Origin: Psammoneis japonica
Lineage: Eukaryota
Assembly (NCBI GenBank): GCA_008632985.1
Contig: QPGO01000145.1
Location: 186,001 to 208,918 of the forward strand
Direction: 5' to 3'
Length of the DNA: 22,918 nt
Under the pieces are notes generated by a model. The model did not search any database, was not told the origin of the DNA, and was given only the letters and a program-made list of their open reading frames with translations. Both the position numbers and the translations under genes were made by a program. Of this stretch, positions 11,679-21,609 are shown piece by piece (position 1 is the first letter of the stretch; the number at the start of each line of letters is the position of its first letter).

Positions 11679-13110
11679 TCAACAGGAATGCAGATGGTTT
11701 GTTGAGTGGAGCAAGTGCACATGTGCAGCACTTGCACATTTGTGCAACACCTCAAGGAAAAACAGTGTGAAGAAAAAGCTGAGACACGGTCCTGGTGAGG
11801 AATGTGGGTGGCACAAATGGAAGGGCTCATCAAGAATGGCATCATGATGGATTTGTTGAGTGCTGGCCTCATCCCTTGGATCCCAAAAGTCATCTGCTTG
11901 CACTGCTGCTGTCATCTCATTGGAGCTGTGGCTGTGCTTCCACACAACATTGCCAGATGGGTGGCACATGGTCATGCTGCTGGAAGCAGGGCAGAAGCTC
12001 TCATTGAGCACCAAAGCAAAAAACTGCAAGAAGGCATCTGCTCTTGCTCTGCAAACCATCATGCGCTCAGGTCAAAGCTGTGCATGTGCACCTTCAAGAT
12101 GCTGCAGACAGAAGGTGATGCCACCTGAGGCTGCACATGACCCACCATGAGATGAGCCAAAGAGCCTTGAGGATGAAGTGGGCCAGGGCAAGGTTGCCAT
12201 TGAAAGTGCCACATTGCTCCTTTGGCTTTCATGACACAGGACAGTCAAGTTGTCTGGAAAATGACCTGCACCATTCTCACAACTTGAGCTCATGAATTGT
12301 TGAAGGAGCAGCACCAAAGGCTGCCAGCATGGAAAAGATCAAGAAGGCTTTGTGGAGGTCTCAGGCAGGCAGTTGAAACCCAGATGAGAAAGTGGGCATG
12401 GTCATTGCCAAAGTGCTCACCTCCCAGCTGGGCATGGATTGGTTGTTCCTGCCCACCACATTTGTCATTTAAAGCCACACCCAACTCCCATTGTGACACA
12501 CCAGTGCACACCTCCTGCTGGCAGGAGCTGCTTCACTCACTCCCTGCTTTTCATTTGCATGTGCATTGACTTGCTGCAGGGGGCAAGCTGACATGAAAAA
12601 TGTGTCATGAAAAGTTGGGCTCTTGCACCACATGACTGTGGAAGAAAAGAGCTGGGTGTCATGGGTCTTGGGCAGATTTGCCATTTGGTCATCCAGCCCT
12701 GCAAAACTGTCATGACTGAGCTGGATCCCAGACAGAGTTTGCTCACCTTGAGGTCATTGAACAGCCCAGGAGATTTGCTGAAGAACCCACTTGATTCTGG
12801 ACTGGCAGTGTGGACTTGGGGGGCACTTGAAACAACATTTTTTGAGACAGAAGGAGAAGGACAAGTCAAATGGAAAAGTTCAATGGAAAAGAAAAAGGAA
12901 TTGGCCACACAACCTGTGGAAGAAACAACGCAAGAATGATTAAAGTCAATGTTCAATGCACAGTGGAAACAATTGCTTTCGCCCCCCTTGCTTTCCCCAG
13001 CAGACGTGATGCAGGTTGCATGTGCAATCAGCACGGCCATGCTGTCATTGTCGATGAAGGAAATGCAGAAAGGCTGTTTGGTGCCCCAGGTGCCAAAGTT
13101 CTGAAATTGA
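11679..13110 (-). pseudogene. Heavily mutated former protein-coding gene of unknown family
   Basis: Successive minus-strand fragments (12469-12684, 12290-12511, 12072-12317, 11679-12062) read as globular protein with His/Cys where Tyr would be natural (GSSHGGSCAASGG, NDKCGGQEQPIHAQLGGEHFGNDHAHFLIW). Possible relic intron at 12914-12991. Confidence 0.45.
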
Positions 13111-13302
13111 TCAAGTCGTTGGATGAAAATGGTTTAAAAATGCCAGGTTCGGGAGTTGGGCAAAATACAATCTAGAGCTAGTCGCACCGGCGCAGGCTTT
13201 CAAGCTTTTCGCTACTCATACTTGTCATCAGGACTTACTTAATTATGTACATGAAAAAGATAACACCTCCATTGAAACAGAAAATTCTTACAGCAGAGTC
13301 CT

Positions 13303-14669
13303 CTAGATCTTGCCACTGATTATCAATTCCTCGACATACGTCTTGACGTCGGCGGGAACATCGTTCCTATGCAACTGCAAAAGAATTTTTTGGACTAATT
13401 GAAGAGAGATGTTGAATTCCAGCATACTCAAGAACGGCACTGAGATGAATTTGATCCAGTTCGGGCATGTCATCAATTGCTTAACCCCGTACTCATGTGC
13501 CCTTGCCTCTGCATTGGTTATGAGGCTCACAATTTCAGCTGCCACCCAATAGTTATATTCCGGTGGATCGCACAGTGGCGGCAAAATAACTTCCAAATCA
13601 CCAACAACAAGGTTGTGTCTCCCTATAAGATCAAAGAGAGGTTCTAGAATCTCTTTGAAAGAAGTGAATGGCGGATGCAACAGATCGGGCAGGAACAGAT
13701 GATGTATCGTTTTCATGTCCACCTCCCTGTTGCGGAAGGGTGACAGCAAGTCCTCCACAAACTCCTTTAGGGATCCGCTATGATGACTATGTTCTGCTGC
13801 GTGCACAAAAACCTGAAACAGGCGATGGTATGCAGGACGCTCAGCCGCAAGCTCGGCAAACGCGCGTATCCATGGTCTAGCCCCTTTCTTGAGTTTATAA
13901 TCGCCATATCCACGTCTGTAGAACCAACAGTTGGTACTAGTAGAAAGCTCTTTTGAAACAAGGAGGACCTCCTCCGCCGATCGTCCAGCTACACACAACC
14001 AATCATATAGAACTTTGACTTGAACCTCACATATGTCCTGGTTTGTAGCGGACGCAATAGCACGTGCCAGCTTCTTTGCGGAGTCGACGTCCATTGATTC
14101 CACGAGCCTCCCCCCTCCCCTGTGAGCGATGGCGACAATTCTTCAATCCTTGAAGTGGGAATCGACTTTAGCAGATCGACATCTTCCATCGATGCAACAT
14201 GGTTTTTGCACAGGCTCACGATTTCCGGGACCCGGTCCTCCAGAAGCAAAAAGTCTGCTGTGCGCAGCAGCGCCACTGCCTCATCCATGTCTGATGCAAC
14301 AAGCCTTGAGCGGACAAACGACTTCTCTTCCACAAGAGACAGCAGCGCATTAAGAGCGTCAATGCTGCATCATTGGGGCAGCATGATGTGGCTGCGGTCA
14401 GCGCAGTTGTCTCTGTCTCCAATGTTGGTTGAGATCTTGCGGTCGAGAAAAGGAATCCTCTGGCACACTTCATGGCTCACTGCAAATTTCCGTCTTTCAC
14501 CACTTGAATCTGCGACCTTGAAGGTATAAAAGGTGTCGTCTCCACGAAATCGCTTCTGAGGCGACTGAGCCACACCTTCGCTGCTATCCATAGACCGTTT
14601 CTGAGATGCTGGTGGTTCTCCCCGCTTTGGAGGCGCTGTGCCTTGGGACTGGCGACCCTGACTGCTCAT
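13303..14669 (-). pseudogene. BTB/POZ-like domain protein gene disrupted by an in-frame TGA (14370-14372) and a frameshift in a G-run (~14110-14120)
   Basis: ATG 14669 runs ...KFAVSHEVCQRIPFLDRKIST...HIMLPQ*CSIDALNALLSLV...AVALLRTADFLLLEDRV in one frame, a pattern typical of BTB/SKP1-like folds. Coding continues in a shifted frame (RLVESMDVDSAKKLARAI...IISGKI, stop 13303). No GT-AG intron covers either lesion. Confidence 0.65.
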
Positions 14670-14962
14670 TCTGGATTCTTTCAAGGCGCGGCTAAAAGAC
14701 GAAGGTTAAGCGTCTTTGCGATAATGCAGTGAACCTCTTGTTTGTGCCTTTCTTCACACTTACTGTACAACGCCAACATTCTTTGCGGCTTCGACAGAGT
14801 GCTGAAGTTGAAATTGCCCCCTGCGCGGCGCGACTTGGCTTCAACTATCCTGCCCGCCGCCATCGCCATTGTTTTCTTGCTCGCGCTTACTGTATTTTCT
14901 CTCACGCACAGGCGCGAGCATGCGTTGAATTTTTAATTCTAGTTAATTCAGTACTGTAGAAG

Positions 14963-14970
14963 TATAAAAG
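14963..14970 (+). promoter_or_regulatory. TATA-like box (TATAAAAG) in the 483-bp divergent intergenic region
   Basis: Consensus match ~185 bp upstream of ATG 15153 in an AT-rich spacer between divergent genes. Motif only. Confidence 0.25.
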
Positions 14971-15152
14971 GAGACTTATGTGTATGGATGATTACGGTAT
15001 CAATATCGTGCAATTAATTTCTATTGCCTGACTATTGCCCTCGCAAAATCGCTCATCACCATCATCAGATTGAAGATGCGACATCACACATCACGCTTCA
15101 ATCGGCTTGAACTTCTCTCATAAACTCCAAAGGAACGAGAGGCAACAACACG

Positions 15153-17051
15153 ATGGCGTTGCAAGCTCGACATTGTAGCAGGGATTTCGCTAGTGCATCG
15201 GATTATTTAGACGATGATTGGGTTAATCTGAATAACACACGCTTTCTTGGTGGAGCAACTACGAGAAGTCGCCAAGCTCGAGATGATTCCGCTGACGACA
15301 TTCTGTTTGGAACCACAAGCGCATCAATGAGCACCGTTGAGAGCATAGAAGACACGACATCGCCAGCGATTGTATCAGATGATGAAGATAGTGGGTGGGT
15401 GGACGAGCTTTATCAGAGTAACGGCTCCCGACGTCCTACGCGGCACCGCGCTCCTTCAGAGAACTATTCAACCGTGGCCAGAAACGTCTCTCCCATAGCA
15501 GAGCATCAAGAGCAAGAGAGAATCGTGCTTGGAACGAGCGTCACCATCTTTGGAAGCAGCAAGCACTCTGGAAAGATTGGCACCTTTGTCAAATTTACAG
15601 AGAAGAGAGTTTGTGTGCAACTCGATGTCGGATCGCGGTACTTTGCGTTCAAGAATGTACGAACCGCAGACGGTCAAGCTGTTGTGCCACCTCAAGACCG
15701 CATGGCACGTATGACAACAGTGGTTGGTCATGAGAACAACTCGGTTGCTACGAATGATTCAAGACCTCCCGTCCAAGCCAGGGTCAGGATTGTTGGTGCC
15801 ACCCATCGAAACAAGACCGGTATTGTAATTAAGAACACCGAACATCGGGTCTGCGTTCAATTGGAACCAGAAATGATTCAACGATACTTTGCTCCGAAAA
15901 ATGTGCAAGTACTTGCCACTCCAAGCAATGAAGAATCTACTCGTGAACATACTGGAAATACGAGCACAATTCGAGCTGCTGTGCCACCTCATGACCGCAT
16001 CGCGCGTACTACAACTGCTGCTGCTCAAGACGAGAGTAACTCGGCTGCTACGAATGATTCACGACCTCCTGTCCAAGCTAGGGTCAGGATTGTTGGTGTC
16101 ACCCATCGAAACAAGACCGGTGTTGTAATTAAGAACACCGAACACCGGGTCTGTGTTCAATTGGAACCAGAAATGATTCAGCGATACTTTGCTCCGAAAA
16201 ATGTACAAATACTGGCCCCTCCAAGTAGTGAAGAATCTACTCGTGAAGATACTGGAAATATGAGCACAAGCAGTCGTCGGTACTCGTCTCCAAGCACCAC
16301 CGCTCCTCAGCCTCATGCAAGGCGCTCCACTTTGTCAACGACGTTGGCACCAAGAATCACCATCTCCTCCCGCCAACCTCGGAGTGTTTTATCATCAAAC
16401 CAGAACCATCACTTTCAGCTAGAGCCTACTAGTAGGCGCCCTGTTGTCATCACCAACGAGACAAGGACGAGGAATCGTCCGTCCTCGTCGACAAGCAGTG
16501 CCACTCCTCCAGTGGCGGTCATAGAAGAAGCACAGACAAGCCGATCAATCCGTCCATTGACTGCTTCTGCAACAAGAACCACCCCTCCTTCAATCGACGC
16601 GCCGAGGGTTCCCTCGTCAAGCCCAAACAATCGTTTTGATGCGGGACCTCCTGCGCAACGAAGGCAACAGTCATTTAGAAGAATTCCTGTCACCATGAGC
16701 GCCGAGAGAGTTTCGCCACCCACGTTTGCCCAGTCAAACTTGACCCGCGATATTCTTGCTGCATAAGGTGGCTTTTCTACTTTTCAACAACATGCGTTCA
16801 TGGCACGCTCTCAAGACCGCGCTCGCATTGTGGCGGATCGCGAGAGACGCATCCAAGAACTTCCCGTAGCAGTCATTGATGATCCAACGAAGTTGCCACA
16901 CAATCATCGGTCGTGTGCCGTTTGTCTCTGCACCTATAGCGCTGGAGATGAGCGACGAATGTTGCCGTGTTTTCATGGCTTTCATCGTTCCTGTGTCGAC
17001 CAATGGTTGCGAAGAAGCACGCAATGCCCCACTTGCCGGCAACACATTTAG
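15153..17051 (+). CDS. Protein with three KOW-like motifs and a C-terminal RING-H2 finger (putative E3 ubiquitin ligase), interrupted by in-frame TAA at 16764-16766
   Basis: KOW-like: GTSVTIFGSSKHSGKIGTFVKFTEKRVCVQL and 2x ARVRIVG.THRNKTG.VIKNTEHRVCVQLE. RING-H2: CAVC..LPCFHGFHRSCVDQWL..QCPTC. The 33 nt after the TAA keep the frame (GGFSTFQQHAF-MARSQ). Confidence 0.75.
15678..16269 (+). repeat. In-frame ~300 bp (100 aa) tandem duplication duplicating one KOW-like module
   Basis: 15781-15969 matches 16081-16269 at an offset of exactly 300, with looser similarity back to 15678/15975. Confidence 0.95.
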
Positions 17052-17610
17052 GTTACTATACAGAAAAAAGTCAGGGCTGCAAGAGGAGTTGGCGGATGTT
17101 CTTTTCCAAATATAGTTTCTCCCTTGTTGGCATCGAGTGTCCTCGGTCCTCTCCACAAAGCCTTTCTCGCAGTTGACTCCTGCTCTTGTTTCCTTCTTTT
17201 CGGTTTCTTCTAAAGAGCGCAATTTTGCGCACGGAAAAACGAACAAGATAGAGCTAAGTCACATGAATTACCATTAAGCAGTGCATAATCATGTGAAAGG
17301 CAGTGAACTTGTCGCTCTAGACTCTACAATACTCTATGGTGGCTTAGAAGTAAGTGTCCCGGGATGATCCCATGTCTGGGGGGTCGCGTCCGTCAGTTGA
17401 CCGTACGACTCTTCTGTCCTTCGTACGAGAGGTGTCATGCCCCTCGTCCCTCTGAAAAAAAAACGAGAAACGAAAACGGCCGCAACAGGCAATGACGAAC
17501 GCACATTCTTGCACATTGGGTGTTTCTCTATCTCGACTCTCTGTGTCTCTCTCTCTCCCTCTGCTTGAAACCCGTTCATCTTACGCTATTCTGATTCTGC
17601 TTAGGCTGCG

Positions 17611-18926
17611 ATGAAGCGTAGTCTAAGACGCTGTCTCTGTGTGACTGTTGTTGCAGCCGGATTGTTGTTGGTGCCAACCTTGGCATTTTCCTCGACTCGT
17701 GTCAACTTGCAGCAAAAACAACGCTTGGCTTCACCACATCATGTTGTGCGGAGGGCCAAACAAAAGAGTTCTTTTTGTATTCAAAAGGCGTCGGCTGTTT
17801 CCATGGAACCATCATCAGCCGAGAATCGCAGCATGAACGGTCTGATTGGCAAGCTCAAGTCAACTATTGTCAAGGTACGCATAGTAAGCGAGAACATGCG
17901 CACATCGTCGTGTAAGAATCTAATCTGATACTCACGACATGCGGATCGTTCTTTATTTATAATCAGGTTGGGATGATTGCTTTTATTGCCGGAATGTGTG
18001 TTTCACTTCCAATCACGTTGTTTCCCATTGAAGCTTTGCACCGCTTTAGATTGATCTCCAGGTTGCAACGAGAACGACTTAGTCTTAGAATGGGAACGTT
18101 TTGCGCTCGTTGGATGTTACGATTGTTTCCCTTTGTAAGATTGGATGTAAAGACAACGTCCTCGAAAGACCTTGAGCAACCAAGTGTATGGGTGTGCAAT
18201 CATCAATCCATGTTGGATGTGTTCATCATGTTGGCGGCAGACAAAAAGATGAGAGGCAAAAACAAACGGCCCATTAAGATTGTTTATGTAAGAAAAACAC
18301 GAATCATTGGTCCATATCACTGCAATACATTCTCCGATTGATGCGGGTATTCTCACATTTGTTGGTATTGCTTCTTTCAAACACAGTGGAAGGGACTGGA
18401 AGACAATCCCATTACAAACCTATTATTCACGCAGTGCGGTTTCATTTCAGTCGATATGGCTCCCAACAAGCCGGGAGAAGAAAATAAGTACGATCGAAAG
18501 TCCTTCAAGGCACTGTTGCAATCGACAAAGCAAGCCTTTGAGGAGGGTTTCGATGTTGGTTTGCTACCGGAAGGCCAGCCCAATCCGACGCCGGAAAAGG
18601 GACTCTTGCCGGTCTTTTCGGGAGCCTTTACGCTTGCCAAAATGAGTCGTCGACCCATTCAGCTCATGGCGCTGTGGGGAGCAAATCATGTATGGCATCC
18701 TCATGATGGACTCAAGGAGGCGAAGCCTACCGGACGACACGTCAAGGTTCGAGTGTACGGGAGCAGGGCGTTTGAGACGAGCCAAGAATTTGTAGAAACA
18801 TTCTCTACCATTGTAGGGTACTTTGGAAAGACTGGGTATGATTTGCCACGTTGGAAACAATGGATGGATGGGACGGAATGGAAGAAAAGGAATCTGAAAA
18901 CAGACGTTGCCGCTTCAGATGAGTGA
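17611..18926 (+). CDS. Plastid-targeted 1-acyl-sn-glycerol-3-phosphate acyltransferase (LPAAT, PlsC family), 3 exons: 17611-17874, 17967-18287, 18387-18926 (~374 aa)
   Basis: Catalytic NHQSMLD (NHxxxxD) and LPEG motifs. Two phase-0 GT-AG introns (17875-17966 gtacgc..tcag; 18288-18386 gtaaga..acag) join the frames. Signal peptide ending TLA|FSS followed by a basic Ser-rich transit peptide. Confidence 0.92.
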
Positions 18927-18943
18927 AACGCAGTTGTCAGGAA

Positions 18944-18960
18944 AGAGAGAGAGAGAGAGA
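18944..18960. repeat. (AG)8 microsatellite in the 3' region between convergent genes
   Basis: agagagagagagagaga seen directly. Confidence 0.8.
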
Positions 18961-19105
18961 TGCGTTCCGGTAATGATTCTGGAACAAGATATCTGCGAGC
19001 TAGAGACTATTCATACCGCGCTAGTAAATGGCAACAATTGTGTCTGTAAGTTGCGAAGGACATTCACAGTTTTCATAAAAAAAAAAGCACGAGGTCATAC
19101 TTTTG

Positions 19106-20072
19106 CTATGATACAAACTTCTTTCCGTATTCAAATGCAATGAAACCTATTGCACTTGGAATAAATGCTAGTATGGTTGGTCGAAGAGCTGGACCTGCCA
19201 CAGCGAGTCGCCTCGTGCGCTTCCCATTTGTTCTGTATGGTTCAGACAGCCCAAGTAGCTGCTCGGTGTAGTGACTGGCGACATGCTGTGCTTGACCTGC
19301 CAACCCACCGGCAATCCCAAAGCTCACAAGATACTCTCCACCGTAAAAATGTTCCACAGTGTCATGTTCCAACAAGACACGCTTCATGCCCTCATAAGTC
19401 CCAAACAACAGTGAATGTGCGACGGCATGGTGAGCCGTCATGTTTGGCAGTGATCGCAGCATGTTCTTTTTGGATCCTTTTACTTCTATCGCGGTCGAAG
19501 CTACTCCATGGACTATTCCAGCTACCGCACCGGCAGTAAAGTGAGACCCCAACGACGCTCGTGCGAACTCGTCTTCTTGGTCAAGTTCAACGTGTATCCG
19601 CCCATCATCGTCCTCCACCTCCACGTGACGTTTTGTTGCAGTTGCTTCCAACGGAGCTAATTTGTATATGATATATCCATAAGTTTCAAAGACTGCAGCT
19701 CCCAGCAACGTATTCTTTAAGAGTGCTATAAAAACGGTGAAGTAAGTAATTGATTACCGGGTAGAAGAACGAACTCAAAACACTCTTACATGTCGCAAAG
19801 GCCGCCACTCGTTTTGACAATGATTTGACTGTTGTTCGCTCTGCCGTTTCTACAGCCGTTTGAAACCAATCGAGACCTGTCGAAAGACGATCCGAGACTC
19901 GCGCTACTTGCCGCACTGGCAAACGTCGTTTGAAAATGGCTCGTCGAGGCAAAGATCCAATGGGAATGCGAGCAATGGATCGTCCTAAGCTTCGAGCCAA
20001 TCCGCGTACAAATCCGGCAGCTTCGGCAGATGCATTGTGCCTACTTTCATCGTCACTACTACTTGAGCTCAT
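19106..20072 (-). CDS. Divergent mitochondrial-carrier-like membrane protein, 2 exons: 20072-19790, 19725-19106 (~300 aa)
   Basis: A 64-nt phase-1 intron 19789-19726 (gtaaga..ttatag) joins AFAT-S-LLKNTLLGAAVFETY. Carrier-like helices: HFTAGAVAGIVHG, SLLFGTYEGMKRVL, GIAGGLAG, AFIPSAIGFIAFEYGK. The canonical PxD/ExxK/R signature is not evident. Confidence 0.7.
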
Positions 20073-20082
20073 GAAATGCTCT

Positions 20083-20164
20083 CTACTAGGGCCCTAGTAG
20101 CTATCGGTATGAGAAACAACCCCAGTCGTATCAATGTTAGTTGCTCAACACCGGTAGCTACTAG
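20083..20164. repeat. Perfect 18-bp palindrome (20083-20100) overlapping an imperfect inverted repeat (20094-20113 / 20144-20164)
   Basis: ctactagggccctagtag is self-complementary. ctagtagctatcggtatgag pairs with ctcaacaccggtagctactag. Confidence 0.8.
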
Positions 20165-20506
20165 CTGTGGCACGCATCGGCGTTGTGCTGAGTTCACCGC
20201 AGTGCTGATGATGTGCGAATGCATTTTCCAGTTTAGGCTAATGGACTAGCCCAAAATTGTGGGACGACGCACGACGACGACTCTTCTTTGAAAGAGCCAT
20301 GCAAAGAACAAGTGCGGCAGTGTGGTGTGTCATTGGTGGGAATGTCCGGCACAGAAAACTGACAAGCTCTGATGTTGAACGTGTGGAGCTTTTGATTCTC
20401 TCGTTTCTGTGGTGGGAGGTGCTCTCAGTGCCGCGGCCGCTCCATGTGCCGATTTCTTTGTGGCGGGAGATGGGAGAGAGCATCGCCGGAAATGAAGGAG
20501 GAAGGC

Positions 20507-20902
20507 ATGTCTTCTTCATCTGATGCACCTTATTTTTGTGTCATCTGGAAAGAGGGCACTGATGCATCACATTGCCTTGGCACCATTGGTGGTGGCACCA
20601 TGTTCTGCCTCAAAAGGGGCACCAAGTGCAAGGTCAAGCATGAGGGGCCCAAAAGAAGGATCTCTTGCCGCCCCAACGGCATGCCGGCCATCCTCAAGTT
20701 GCTGGACACGGGGTTCTGTCAACCCATTTTAGATGGACATTTCACACTTGCCATTGCATTGGTCAAGTGGGAAGCTGCCGCTGACACTTTGGCTGGATGG
20801 TGTGCCAGAAGCTCCTGGCACTGGGAAACAGTGAGTCCCAGTGCCCTGCTGAGGACAAGTGCAGAGCATCTCTCAAGCAGCACAAGGAGGCTGTGGGGTT
20901 GA
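20507..20902 (+). mobile_element. Truncated transposon ORF1/gag-like fragment with a Cys/His knuckle-like motif
   Basis: HCLGTIGGGTMFCLKRGTKCKVKH followed by FCQPILD..W..TLAGW. From memory this resembles N-termini of repetitive diatom retroelement-associated ORFs (possibly the tyrosine-recombinase/DIRS class). No RT or recombinase is visible in the window. Confidence 0.4.
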
Positions 20903-21609
20903 AGAACCCCACAAGGTCCAATGCAGCCTCTGACATCCCCAGCTTTCCTGGGGCTCTGTTTGGTTGGCACTCCCCTTGCCTTCGGGTTGTCACTGCTGCT
21001 CCCACCCAGTTCTTGGTGTGGCCGACAAGTCCCCATCAGCATTGGCCCGGGTGGCTCAGTCTGCAGAAACAAATTTGGTGCACATTGAACCTGTTGCTCT
21101 CTCTCCTTCCTCCTCCTCCTTTTCTTCTTTTTTTCATGAATGGGTCATGGGACTTTGAAAAAGTGGGCGCACAGATTTCCAGCCCATCCGCCCAAAATCA
21201 ATTGCTGGCCAACAATCGCACAGCGCACCTTCTGGTGCTTTTCCAATGATGAGCACACAAATTCAAAAATCATCAATGGCAAAAATGCCGTTCATCTCTG
21301 CAGTGCTTGTTTCTAAAACAATTGTCTCAACACCGCTGAACCCCCTGTCACATGAATCACATGCATGACTTGTGGCACTGTGGCAAGAAAACAAAGTGTG
21401 TTGGGTTGCAGTTGTGCATCTTGTGGTGCACTGTCATGTTTTGGTGTTTTTGGGGTGCTGTTTGCCTGCCCTTGTCTTGCTCACAGTTGTTTGTTTCATC
21501 TCATGTTCTGGAGCAAGGTGATGGTGCTCTGTCATTTGCATCATTGATGCTTTGCGAGTGACATGGTTGAGCTTTGGATTGTGGGATCAACCTTGATGAT
21601 TGGTGTGGC

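Larger units (their letters stand above)
2840..13165. other. Large TpA/CpG-depleted hypermutated repeat/pseudogene block (~10.3 kb)
   Basis: About 33 TpA in the whole block. In 11041-12900 (1860 bp) I count 1 TpA and 3 CpG. Sharp right edge at ~13165-13180 (aatacaatctagagctagtcgcaccggcg). Confidence 0.9.

Noticed and set aside
2840..13165. Classical fungal RIP or plain 5mC deamination as the full explanation
   Set aside because: RIP enriches TpA, and CpG deamination does not touch TpA. Here TpA is the most depleted dinucleotide.
13140..13181. Helitron 3' end (CTAG) at the right edge of the large block
   Set aside because: No convincing GC-rich subterminal hairpin and no Rep/helicase remnants recognised.
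14122..14529. Plus-strand 135-aa ORF and similar antisense ORFs over the genes
   Set aside because: These are antisense shadows of real coding frames.
14370..16766. Alternative genetic code explaining the in-frame TGA and TAA
   Set aside because: Neighbouring intact genes end normally in TGA and TAG and have no internal stops. Two different codons are involved, and one gene also has a frameshift.
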